Assembly (NCBI GenBank): GCA_964016885.1 | Contig: OZ024740.1 | Coordinates: 380,742,001-380,806,000, forward strand | Direction: 5' to 3' | Length of the DNA: 64,000 nucleotides | Source: Eledone cirrhosa | Taxonomy: Eukaryota | Part shown: piece after piece, positions 53,400 through 64,000 of the stretch | Layout: each line of letters opens with the position of its first letter | Numbering within the stretch: position 1 is the stretch's first letter | Program-made: the position numbers and the translations under genes | Notes under the pieces: model-generated | Database searches by the model: none | Told to the model about the DNA's origin: nothing | What the model saw: the letters and a program-made list of their open reading frames with translations, nothing else

Positions 53400-54280
53400 C
53401 GAATGTTTTGCCGTCACCAGCTTTATCACTGCCGTATCCGCTATCGCCATGTTGGCTTCTCTACTTGACTACACACACATCACCATATACTCCAATATTT
53501 TTACCAACTTAAAACAGACCACCACAAACCACTACGAATTAAGAACTCCAACTCTACTACCACTCGAACTATTACTACAAGTACCACCATCCCCTAATAT
53601 TATCAATAGCCCTATTACCACCCACAACACTATCACAATCATCACAAACAACAATACTATCACTACCAACACTATAACCACCAACATCACTATCGTCACC
53701 AACATTGTCATCACTAACACCATTATCATCATCAACATTATAAACCACCAATATCACCAATACCGCTATCACCAGTAAAGCCGCTATCAAAATTAATACT
53801 CTACAACAATATAATCACAATCAATTCCAGTATTACCACTAATACCATTATCACCACCAATGCATCGTCATCACGAACACCACAATTACATAAGCACTAT
53901 CACTACCAACACCTAGATCAACAACAACATCATTATCCACATTATCACCGCTATTATCACCAACACTATTATCACAAACATGACTATGATCACCATTGCA
54001 ACTGTTACCACCAGCACCACCAACAACATTATCATAATCAGCATTAGTGTCACCAACACCACTATCGCCACCAATACAAGTATTGCCACCAACAACGCTA
54101 TTGCTAAATCCCGCCGAGGTTAACTTTGCCTTTCATCCTTACGGGGTCGATAAAATAAAGTACCAGTAATACATTGGGGTAATTGCTGGCTTTGTGCCAA
54201 AAGTAGAAACAATTATTATCACCAACACCACTTTCACCATCAACGCCACTACCACCAGCAACACAGTCACTGTCAACAAC
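53400..54280. repeat. Degenerate (ACC/ATC/AAC)n low-complexity tract
   Basis: Trinucleotide-periodic, yields Thr/Ile/Asn-rich spurious ORFs. Confidence 0.75.
54106..54216 (+). mobile_element. tRNA-derived SINE, family 1 (5'-truncated)
   Basis: aaatcccgccgaggttaactttgcctttcatcc..gtagaaacaatt. Confidence 0.85.
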
Positions 54281-55585
54281 GTCGTGTACTACTTAGGAAT
54301 TGTGTCCAATTAAACATAACATTAAATTAAAACAGGTGTCAGTAGAGTTGTGGGGAGTTGACATTGTGTTGAGTGACGTCACGGCATTCCTTCTTTGGTT
54401 ATTTATGCAGTAAAATAAATAAATAAATGATCTACATAATGCGGGGGTTAGAAGGGAAGAATAGGAATTTTATATGTTTGCTCAAAAGGGTGTGTTTATA
54501 TGAATATATTTAAATGTTGTTTTCTTAAAATATCAGCTAAATGCTAGTAAATAAAGGTAAATTTCGACATCTAAATTATTTTTGCTATTTGCTAATTATA
54601 CACCTTTATATTAAAAACATCTTAATAAAAAGTATATAATCTGTTAATTTAAGATGGGAGTTTTTAATTATCTATTATTATTTATTATTACCATTATTAT
54701 AATTTCTTTTCCCGAATAAGTCGTCATTTTGCGGGCAGATCTACGAAAATATTGTGTATGCTTATATGTTTTTCAAAGGTCGAAGACTTACGTATAACCT
54801 CTTCGTAGAGAACTTACTTTGTGGGAGTGTCACTGCTAACAGAAGCACCGAAGAATAATTCTAGCAGTAAAATCTACCAGTTATGCTATACACTAAAACC
54901 AGATATTGAAAGCTATTGTCAAGGTAAAGGACACAGAAAAGGAAATATCAATACAACACTAAAGGTAAACGACCGGAATACGATAATATTGAGGGGCATC
55001 TCTCAAAGAAAAATAGTTATGTATATCTAAATGTCTAAGAGGAGTTATTGTTATTATTAGGATTTTCCAGGCTATTAACTTCCTATTTAGAGTGTAGCTT
55101 TATATAATACTGGTGCATTAAAAGTGTTGTATTTCAATGGTATACTATACTACAAAATATATCTATTGTATATAAAGACATTGTATATGCAGGCACGGGT
55201 TTTACATGTTTCTTTGGAGGATAAAAGTCTATGGGTATATGCTGTAATACAGTATAGCATTGTATCTTTATAATATACTGGTCGCCTTCAACATGAGTAG
55301 GAGAAAAATAAGCAGAGACTGAATTCCAGAAGGATTAGGAGAAGTATTAATTGCGGGTTTGGTATGTGAAACATATAGTGACTGGAAGAAGAAAGAAAGT
55401 TGGGACTAGTAGTTAGTTCAGAGAAGCAGATACAGTCATATAGTAGTATTAAAAGAGACAGAGTGGTGCATCAGCGCATTTCTTTAAGATTTGATTCAGA
55501 ATGGAAATAGAGTCACAGGAAAATGTCAGCGGTTTTAGCTAGGAAAAAAAAAGCCACAGGAAAATTGTTTCATTTCATTTATATT

Positions 55586-55921
55586 AAGGCCCCCATCGGA
55601 CACGAATGAGCATGGTTTTACACCTAGAAAGTTTCCCTCTGAAGCACAAGCCTGGACAAGGTTTGTTTGTCAAAGACCAGCAGTCGCCCATGGATACCAG
55701 ACTCCCCTCTCCACGCCACCGATATTGTCCAAGGGAAAAGCTAAGGCCGATACAGCTTGGTATCAATGACATCGCAATTCATTTCTACAGCTGAGCGAAC
55801 TGGAGCAACGTGAAATAAATTGTCTTGCTCAAGTACACAACGCATCACTCTATCCGACAATCGAACTCACAACCTCTCAATTGCAAGCCCAATAATCTAA
55901 CCACTAAGGCATGTGCCTTCA
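55586..55921 (-). mobile_element. tRNA-derived SINE, family 3
   Basis: Minus head gaaggcacatgccttagtggttag..gagttcgatt; homolog at 4590-4895. Confidence 0.75.
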
Positions 55922-56091
55922 TTTATTACTGTAAATAATGTTAAAGTAATTAATCAAATAGCCTTTTAAGTCACCTATTGACTTACAATAAATGGGTTGT
56001 ATACAATGACAACACAATTAATATGATAGCATTACACTTATGCAAAACAAATACACACATTTTATTTAATATCTATTTAGTGAATATATAA

Positions 56092-56304
56092 TAATTATTT
56101 CTCCTTTTGCCACAAAGCCAACAGTTTGAAGGGAAAGGGAAAGTCGATTAAAATGACCCCAATGAGTCACTGACACTTTATTTTATTGACTCCATAAGGA
56201 TGAAGCCAACCTGGTGAAATTTGAACTCGGAACGTAATCGACCGTAACTACATGCCATAAAGAATATTGTTTAATGCTCTACTGGTGTTATCAATTCACC
56301 GCCC
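56092..56304 (-). mobile_element. tRNA-derived SINE, family 1 related (old)
   Basis: Degenerate core ttttattgactccataaggatgaag..tttgaactcgg. Confidence 0.6.
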
Positions 56305-56314
56305 TGAAGCAATA

Positions 56315-56578
56315 CAGTTGTCCCCCAGTATTCGCGGTGCTTAAATTACTAGAGCACACATGAAGAGTGAAAAACCGCGAATAATGGATGTGGTTCATAA
56401 AAATGCCTATAAACGTCAAGACATAACGTAAAATATAGGCCGGGAAATACGGTATATTGTTATTAATAATTGAGCGTTAAAAGGTGTGAAAAAATATGTA
56501 TTGCCACGAAAAAAGCCATAAAAAAATCGAGGAAGATATTTTCGATTCCACGAATATGCGTATGCCGGAAGTACATTG
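56315..56578. mobile_element. Tc1/mariner (Tigger/pogo-like) MITE, degenerate
   Basis: TA|cagttgtcccccagtattcgcgg left end, ccacgaatatgc..cattg|TA right end. Confidence 0.45.
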
Positions 56579-56584
56579 TATATA

Positions 56585-56768
56585 ATAATTGTTTCTACTT
56601 TAGGCACAAGGCCAGCAATTACCCAGTGCATTACTGGTACTTTATTTTATCGACCCCGTAAGGATGAAAGGCAAAGTCAACCTCGGCGGGATTTGAACTC
56701 AGATCGTAAAGGGACGTAACTATGCTGGAAAGCATGGCGTCCGACCCTCTACCGATACTGCCAATCCA
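56585..56768 (-). mobile_element. tRNA-derived SINE, family 1
   Basis: Full-length reverse complement copy. Confidence 0.88.
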
Positions 56769-57208
56769 CAATAAAACAAAAAAGTATTAAATAAGTGCTT
56801 GTTTTCTTAAAACGTCTTTCTGTGACTTTTCTTGTTGTTTTCTTCCTTCGTTTTAATTCCTGGGTTCGTATCGGCAGCATTGTCCCATGAATGGGAACAA
56901 TACAGGAGTGTGGGGGCCTTACTTGAACTTTGTAAATGGTTGGCAACTACTCAGGACTGAAGTGTTTCCTGGTTCTTAAGAGCAATTTGTGGCATATATT
57001 AGGGAATGTTATATATGTGATGTAACCTTGAACAAATAAAAAGAATGATATTTAAAAGCTGCTGAAAACATAGAGCTTTTCTCACGCTAGATTTGGTGGA
57101 ATCCAGAAAATAATGTTGCAGGGAAAAAAAATCTATTTCGGGGAAATTATTGGCTTTTTCCAAATTTAATGGTTTGTTACGAACTTTGAATATTTATTTT
57201 AGGTTTTG

Positions 57209-57266
57209 CCATCTGAAGAGCTCGTGTTATCGTAACTGATAGTCCTCAATGAAATATGTATAACGG
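57209..57266 (+). ncRNA. Degenerate type I hammerhead
   Basis: ccat CTGAAGA .. GAAA tatgtaTA acgg; stems I and II imperfect; upstream of (TA)n. Confidence 0.4.
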
Positions 57267-57316
57267 AGTTTTAAATAAACCTGAATCAAGTGAACATGGC
57301 CCCCGATCTTTTATGA

Positions 57317-57350
<34 letters not shown>

Positions 57351-58196
57351 GCGTAATATGTGTATACAAACATTCACACGTTATAGGCATATGTAAATAT
57401 GTATGAACATATCTGTGTGTGTGTGTGTGTGTGTGTGTATTTGCATGAGTCTGAGTGTGTGTGTGTGCAATAGATTTTATTTTCTTGTGTATAACAATAT
57501 GTTCTTTAAGTAGTGGTGCGATAATATGGAGTTCTCACGCTTTAGTGGTTGAGCAATAACGGAATCTTGGAATCTACAATATAATCAACAAGAAGACAGA
57601 CAACTATAAGCAACAGAAAGAACAGTATTGTCAGCAGCAAATCGTAGCCGAAACGACATTCGGCGTCAAAAACAGTTGGTAAATAGAAAAGTCGACATTA
57701 GGAATTTCTCACCATCATATAAGACAGGAATCTGTAAATTCTTCAAATTAACAAGGAGAAAAAAAAAGATTTAGCTTTGGTCATGATAAGGAGAAATATC
57801 TTTTATTTTATTTTTTTAATGACATTACCCATTAGTCACACATGTTAATCTGATGCAGCTTTTATTTTGAAATTTCAAAGTAGGATTGAACGGTTAAATA
57901 TATGTTTATATCTTTCAAGCGTAGTGTTGATTCCTGTGCACATAGTGAGCATGAGAAAGGAATGAAAACACAAGACGCAATGTTGTAAGCTCGTTCGTAT
58001 TGGATTACTATAGCATATAAGTTCATAGATCCCAACTCCAGACATTGTCTGTCTCATTGTAGCAAACTGTAGCATTACGATTTAAAAATAAATTCTCTCT
58101 ACAGTTCTATTATGGTCTATTATTTTTTGTGTCGTTTTTTGATGGCGAGAGGGTTAATAGTTATATAAGTTTCGTTTACTGTGTTGGCTTGTATTC

Positions 58197-58386
58197 GGTG
58201 GATTGGCAGTATTGGTAGAGGGTCGGACGCCATGCTTTGCAGCAAAGTGTTACGGCCCTTCACGGTCTGAGTTCAAATCCCGCCGAGGTTAACTTTGCCT
58301 TTCATCCTTACGGGGTCGATAAAATAAAGCACCAGTAATACACTGGCATAATTGCTGGCCTTGTGCCAAATGTAGAAACAATTATT
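58197..58386 (+). mobile_element. tRNA-derived SINE, family 1 (central domain resembles the Meta-SINE core)
   Basis: A-box-like tggcagtattggt, B-box gagttcaaatcc, gcctttcatccttacggggtcgataaaat core, AT-rich tail. Confidence 0.88.
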
Positions 58387-59118
58387 AACTTAACGATGGC
58401 ATGAGTTGTTGATGTCGACGTTTTAATTAAAAATAATTAGATATTTTCGGCATAGAATTTTATACACTTTTTCAATTCAAAAGGAATGGACAAATATTCA
58501 ACTAACTTGATAAGAATTTAAAGCCTTTCATGCATATACTACATACGTTGTGGATAAAAGTAGGGGTGACACACGCTGGTTCATTCAGGGGTAGGTTTTT
58601 GTACAAATTCGTATATTTACATCAACCCCGGTCGGCCATAAGTGTCATCATTAGTTTCCATAAGTGACAAGGCAAGATCTTTAGAGGCCACATATTTTCC
58701 GGATTGGAACGGGATCTTGAAGCCTGTTCCAAACTGTTTTCCTCTTCAAAATTTAAAAAAAATTTTAAATGGCTGGATTAAATTTTGAGGAGGAGGGGTC
58801 ACAGATGTTAGCTTGTCTACCATCCATACTTCAACACGTAATGGAAGAAGCAAAGCTAGCAAGCCTAACTTTGCCAATCCTTTTTCTATGTCTACAGACA
58901 ACAACAACAAAACCAGTGACAATAACGACAATGATAATTAGAATCTGCGAATCCTTTTTCTGTGGTTACAGAACGTAGTCTAAGCAAAGACAAGAACAAC
59001 CATATCAGTAACAACTCTCTTTAGCACCGAAAGACCCACAGAACTTGCATATTTCCATTCAATAAACAACTTAGAAAATCACTTAAAATATCCTTAAAGA
59101 AAGGAAAGAAGTGGTCAG

Positions 59119-59193
59119 TGGCCGCTATATAGAATCGAACTCCGTACCTCTCAAATTCCGACTGAGCGCTCTGTACCTTTGAGCTAAACGACC
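59119..59193 (-). pseudogene. tRNA-like sequence (pseudogene or SINE head)
   Basis: Minus ggtcgtt/agcggcc acceptor, tagctcaaaggt A-box, ctcag-tcggaat-ttgag anticodon arm, gttcgatt; T arm and U33 defective. Confidence 0.55.
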
Positions 59194-59302
59194 CATGACA
59201 ACGGTTGGAGATAATAAAATAGAAAGTCTGGCGGAACTTCCTCTTCTTTTGATTGCGTACATTTCTCCAGCGAAATGCAGTTGTATTTTCATTGAGGTAG
59301 TA

Positions 59303-60042
59303 CAGTGTTTCCCACTTGTGGGCGCTGTTCTGTTGAAAGGGGGCGCTGGGAGGTTTTATTTCATGGGGGAGGATGGGGGAGGGGGGAATATACTCAAATT
59401 TCTTTCAAATTTTCAAAGTTAAAAAAACACTTTCTCACTTTGGCACCAGCAAGCGAATTCCTGGCACTAGGTGTAACTAGTGTTGCTAAAGTGAAACCCT
59501 CAAAACAAAAAGAAAAAAGAAAAAAAAAAACAAATGAATGGTGACAGACGACGAAAAGAAAACATTTGTGTGCAAATATAGAATGGTGGTCAGAATTTTC
59601 AATGAAACTGGCTTTTGGGAGTGGCTGATATGTATGTGTGTGTATGTATATGATTGCATGTATGTGAGTGTGTTGCTGTTTTGAATTCCTTTCTGCGATT
59701 GAACTTAAATTGACCCCTGGCGATTAAAGGCCTCGCCACACATGCGGGCACACACATTTGTTTTAGATTTTGTACCCATTTGAACTGCAGCCATTAATCA
59801 GATAACATAGTATTTATTATGTTCCGAAATTTAAATTTGTTTTAATTATAAAATCACACCTCAGCTAAAAACACTTTTTGGGGGGCTTTGGAAAATTAAG
59901 ACAATATTAAAATTACTTTTGTAGTAAGATGAATTCAGTATCTTATTTGAAATTTAATTGAACGGGGGGGGGGGGGGGGCGTTAACAAAAAAGATTGCGC
60001 CCAAAGGGGGTACTGGCTGAAAAAAAAGATTGGGAAACACTG
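59303..60042. mobile_element. hAT (Charlie-like) MITE
   Basis: 12-bp TIR cagtgtttccca/tgggaaacactg; 8-bp TSD aggtagta/aggtacta. Confidence 0.8.
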
Positions 60043-61214
60043 AGGTACTATGACCACTAAATATTATTTTATATCTCATACCTTCTCTCATAAGACATTT
60101 CTTGAATGCAAGAAAAATATAATGATAAATAAATAATATTAAAGACATTTGAATGGACAAGCCTATTTTTCGTTATTTTTTTTTTTTTTTTTAGACATCT
60201 TCTGCTCAATCATTTAAGGATATTTAGGTGTAAATATAACCCAGAGGATTTTATGAAACGTATTTGTTAACCAACCGATCTGAATTTCCATCGAAAGAAA
60301 AAAAAAAAAAAAGATTCTACAGGTCACTAAATTTCTGAAAATGTTTCAAATCAGAAACGAGTCGTACGAAATAGCATGATATTTTAGCAACATAATTCTA
60401 CATGAAATTCTATAAATACGATTTCATAGAAGCGATAACACAAAGCAGTCCATTTAAAATACTGAGCGAAAAAATCGACCAGCAGACAATAATGTAAAAA
60501 GAATATATAGAAATACAAACAACGTCTGAATATAACTCAACCGTCGAACGATTTGATTTGGAAATTGGAGTAAAGCCGGCTTCCCTTCACAATTGGAGCC
60601 GCTTACCATTCCCTCGAGTGTGGAAGTGGTAAGCGCCCTGCGGGAATATCCCTCTTCCTATCTTCCTATTCGAGGGACGTAAATCTCTAATCTATGCTGT
60701 GACGTGGCTCGTTCTCTGCATCAAACTGTGTCGCTTTCCTCGCAAACCATAACAAGAGCATCCGCAATGTAGGGGGGGGGGGGAGATAACTAAATACCAG
60801 GGTTTGACCAACTACTTCCTTTTCGTACCGATCGCTGTCGAGATCTCTGGTGTCAGTAGTCTCTGCACTCTCATTTACTCTGCAAATCAGAAAGACGGCA
60901 GACCGCCCGAGGAATGTGCCCCAAAAGCAGAGTGGCTATTACAGTAGGTGCCGCTAACCATTTTCCTTGGCAATGCTTTCACCATTCTTTTTATGGGACA
61001 CGACCGAACCAGACTGGGGTGTAGAGCCTGTCTCTCCTCCCGCTATCTCTTTCTTTCGTTGCTTAATTCTCTTTTTCTTTTTTCCTTTTCTCTTCGTTTT
61101 GTTTCATTTGAATATTAGTACTTTTCAATTGTAAATATTAAATATATAAATATATATATGTATACATAGACATATATAAATGCATATATATATAAATACA
61201 CCCCCATACACACC

Positions 61215-61280
<66 letters not shown>

Positions 61281-61285
<5 letters not shown>

Positions 61286-61497
61286 TAAAATAACAGATTA
61301 AAGTTTAAGCAAAGAATCGCTGCTTTCACCCTTAACGGGATCTTCTGAAGATCCCGTTAAGGATGAAAGCAGCGATTCTTTGCTTAAACTTTAATCTGTT
61401 ATTTTAATAAATATTTGCTCTACGGTTCTTATATATTTGATATATATTTATCCTTATCGAGCCCTCTTTGGATTTTAGTCTTCAAATTTATTATTAT

Positions 61498-61502
<5 letters not shown>
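61281..61502. mobile_element. PLE-B terminal fragment, near-perfect palindrome plus tail
   Basis: Centre tcttc-t-gaaga at 61346; right arm carries 90-bp tail. Confidence 0.88.
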
Positions 61503-61552
<50 letters not shown>

Positions 61553-61595
61553 AATCTCCTATTTATCCTTCTTGATTAGTTTGTACACATACTGT

Positions 61596-61693
<98 letters not shown>

Positions 61694-61925
61694 CCAAAAT
61701 ATGAGAAACGGGGCTTGAGGTTTGTCAAGAAGTAGTTCCTTTATATAATTTCACGGTAGCAGACACTGTTATAGTTGAAAGAATAGTGAGAAAAGAAGTT
61801 TATCATCAAGTGTTAGTGGTTGTAAAATGTTGATGAGTAATTTCTTTCGAAATCAAACAGATGGCCTTCTATTGGATTAAGGACGTTTCTGTTTCTCGCA
61901 GCTGCAGCATTGAAGCAATGTTATA

Positions 61926-62115
61926 ATTATTGTTTTTACTTTAGGCACAAGGCCAGCAATTATCCCAGTGCATTACTGGTGCTTTATTTTATCGACCCCG
62001 TAAGGATGAAAAGCAAAGTTAACATTGGCGGGATTTGAACTCAGATCATAAAGGGACATAACTCTATGCTGCAAAGCATGGCGCCCGACCCTCTACTGAT
62101 ACTGCCAATCCACCG
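61926..62115 (-). mobile_element. tRNA-derived SINE, family 1
   Basis: Full-length copy; partial duplicate at about 62128-62170. Confidence 0.88.
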
Positions 62116-64000
62116 TCTTATATTGTATTACAAGGCCAGAAATTATCCCAGTGCATTACTGGTACTTTATTAATAAAATAATAATGCCGGCTGAAGTAAA
62201 ACTTCGAGCAAGGTTGATAATTGATCATAGATTAAATATCTATTCCTTAAGATTACGTTTTGACTAAAGCATATGTGTGTGATTATCATGAGATAACATC
62301 AGGATTTATGGAGTAGCATTTGTAGTAAATTTGATGGTTTTTAGCCCTGTTTTATTCATGAGTAGGTGACATAGAATGCAATATTACTTCTCTACCGTGG
62401 GATTATTGAAGATATGCTGTTGTGTTATGTAGGATGAATACAGTGCAAATATGGCGTAGGACGTTTAGAGTTTGTGTTGACGCATATGTGTAGCAGGAGT
62501 GTGTGGTACTGACATTTGTCTTGCAATGTGTGTTTTGAAAAGTGACGCTGTCAGCAACGTTGTTAATATACAGAAGGACGTTTGTAGCAGATATAGGCAA
62601 ACATTACCGAAGTTAGTATAATGTAGGTTGACATGAGCTCTGTTAGAGTAGTCATTGTGATATAAAAATCGGATGGAGTCCATAGACAATCAACTTAAGA
62701 AGTTGAGAGGGCGTGATGTAAGGAATTTTTTACTTCTATTTATTCGAGGTCAACCATGCAGAGATTCCCTCATTACTTCGAGACAGCTTTCTCTTCGTGG
62801 GATTGATACTTCAAATAGAAGAACATATCTCGTAAGATAGGCGTTGCTCTTTTCCGTAATGTGATACAGTGTTGCCTGCTACCTCAAATATGTAAATCTC
62901 TGGAGAGAGTGAGGGGGTGGGGGTGGGAGGTGAACATTTCAATGGAAAAGTTTGTGATGATTGTGTAAGGTCAATGAAAGGATATTCACCTTGTTGGGTT
63001 GGAGGTAGGAGAGAAGGCATTATTGCTGTTTATCGTCTGGTCAGCTCTGATTAAAAACATATTAAAACTCATTCCAACCATGACAAACCCGAATTGTTTT
63101 GTTTTGTTTTTTGTTTATATTTTCAGATAAAGTATATCTAGAATCACATTATCTAACGTGACATTTTTAAGATGACAGGATGTGATTTGAAGGTGATTTG
63201 GTTACAGTTACTAGTACATCGAATAACCATGTAGCGACTTTTTCGTCGGCTCACAGAGAAAGGAAATCGTTGTATTTCGTGACTGTGTGGATGTGGTGTA
63301 AAACGTCAAGCTGAATCGAATGCTAATAGTAGCATAACAGTCAGCAAATGTAATGGATTTACCTATAGGAGTGCTCCTTTCAGCCCGGTCTTAGTTGAAG
63401 ATTATTGAGTAAGAGTGAGTTTATAAAGTGATCAGGGATTATTTTGAAAAGGTAGTACAAGTTCCCAACTGCAATTTGGGATACGAGAGTGTTTATACGA
63501 TATACGATACACGAAAGTAACCTTTTCTCTCTTGGTAGTTGGTGTGATTGTTGAGTCTCAGGTCAGCCCTGACAGAGGACACATACGACTAAAACTGCTT
63601 TAGTTGCAACCTTCCATATAGTCAAGGCTACTTCCGTTTTTAAGGTTTGTATTTGGAAACTTTGGCTACTATTTCTAGCACAGAGAATGCCAGCACAGTG
63701 ACTCCCCCTCTTGATAGTCGTCTTGCCAAAATGATTTTGTAAACGAAAGCCTCTCAGTTATTAGTGATGAAGGGTTGGATCACTGTTGCAGGCAGAGTTA
63801 TGCCCCTATACTTTTCCAATAGAGCAACGAGCGAACGACTTGAAGATAAGCGTTAGTTTTGGGTGAGATGCGAATAAACCTAGGAAGACACAATGGTTTA
63901 CTTGCTTAGCTATTTGGAAAATTGATGGGTTCGGCATGGCTAAGGTGAGGAGACTAATTGGTGCACCGTAAATGATGCGGCTTCCGCACCGGTGATGTTC

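Noticed and set aside
53392-53778. 128-aa Thr/Ile/Asn-rich ORF as mucin-like exon
   Set aside because: Degenerate trinucleotide tract interrupted by a SINE; no splice or homology support
59119-59193. Functional tRNA gene
   Set aside because: T arm mispaired and C at position 33; kept only as tRNA-like pseudogene

Overview
AT-rich animal (most likely cephalopod/octopus-type, inferred from SINE/LINE content and (TA)n/(CA)n density) intergenic or intronic DNA with no recognisable host gene; nearly all short ORFs in the track are microsatellite artefacts. The window is dominated by a Penelope-like element (PLE) ecosystem inserted in (TA)n tracts: (1) a young 13.4 kb PLE insertion (9665-23057) with an intact RT + GIY-YIG ORF (16884/16905-19346), a 5'-truncated tandem copy, an inverted 3' copy and three type I hammerhead ribozymes (HHRs); (2) a second PLE family represented by one endonuclease remnant and 8 short inverted insertions whose HHR has a non-canonical CAGAAGA core; (3) a non-coding 467-bp HHR-containing tandem array folded into a 3.2 kb palindrome (38515-42160), retrozyme-like; (4) about ten further short HHR-bearing inserts of unrelated sequence. 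Most of these insertions share one architecture: two divergent 5'-truncated arms, one ending at a 'short' and the other at a 'long' family-specific 3' end just downstream of the ribozyme. Also present: a 5'-truncated RTE LINE with a long open frame, decayed RTE and CRE fragments, three tRNA-derived SINE families, two non-autonomous Helitrons, a hAT MITE and a Tigger-like MITE. All ribozyme calls are from manual motif and base-pair reading, not computed folds or assays.
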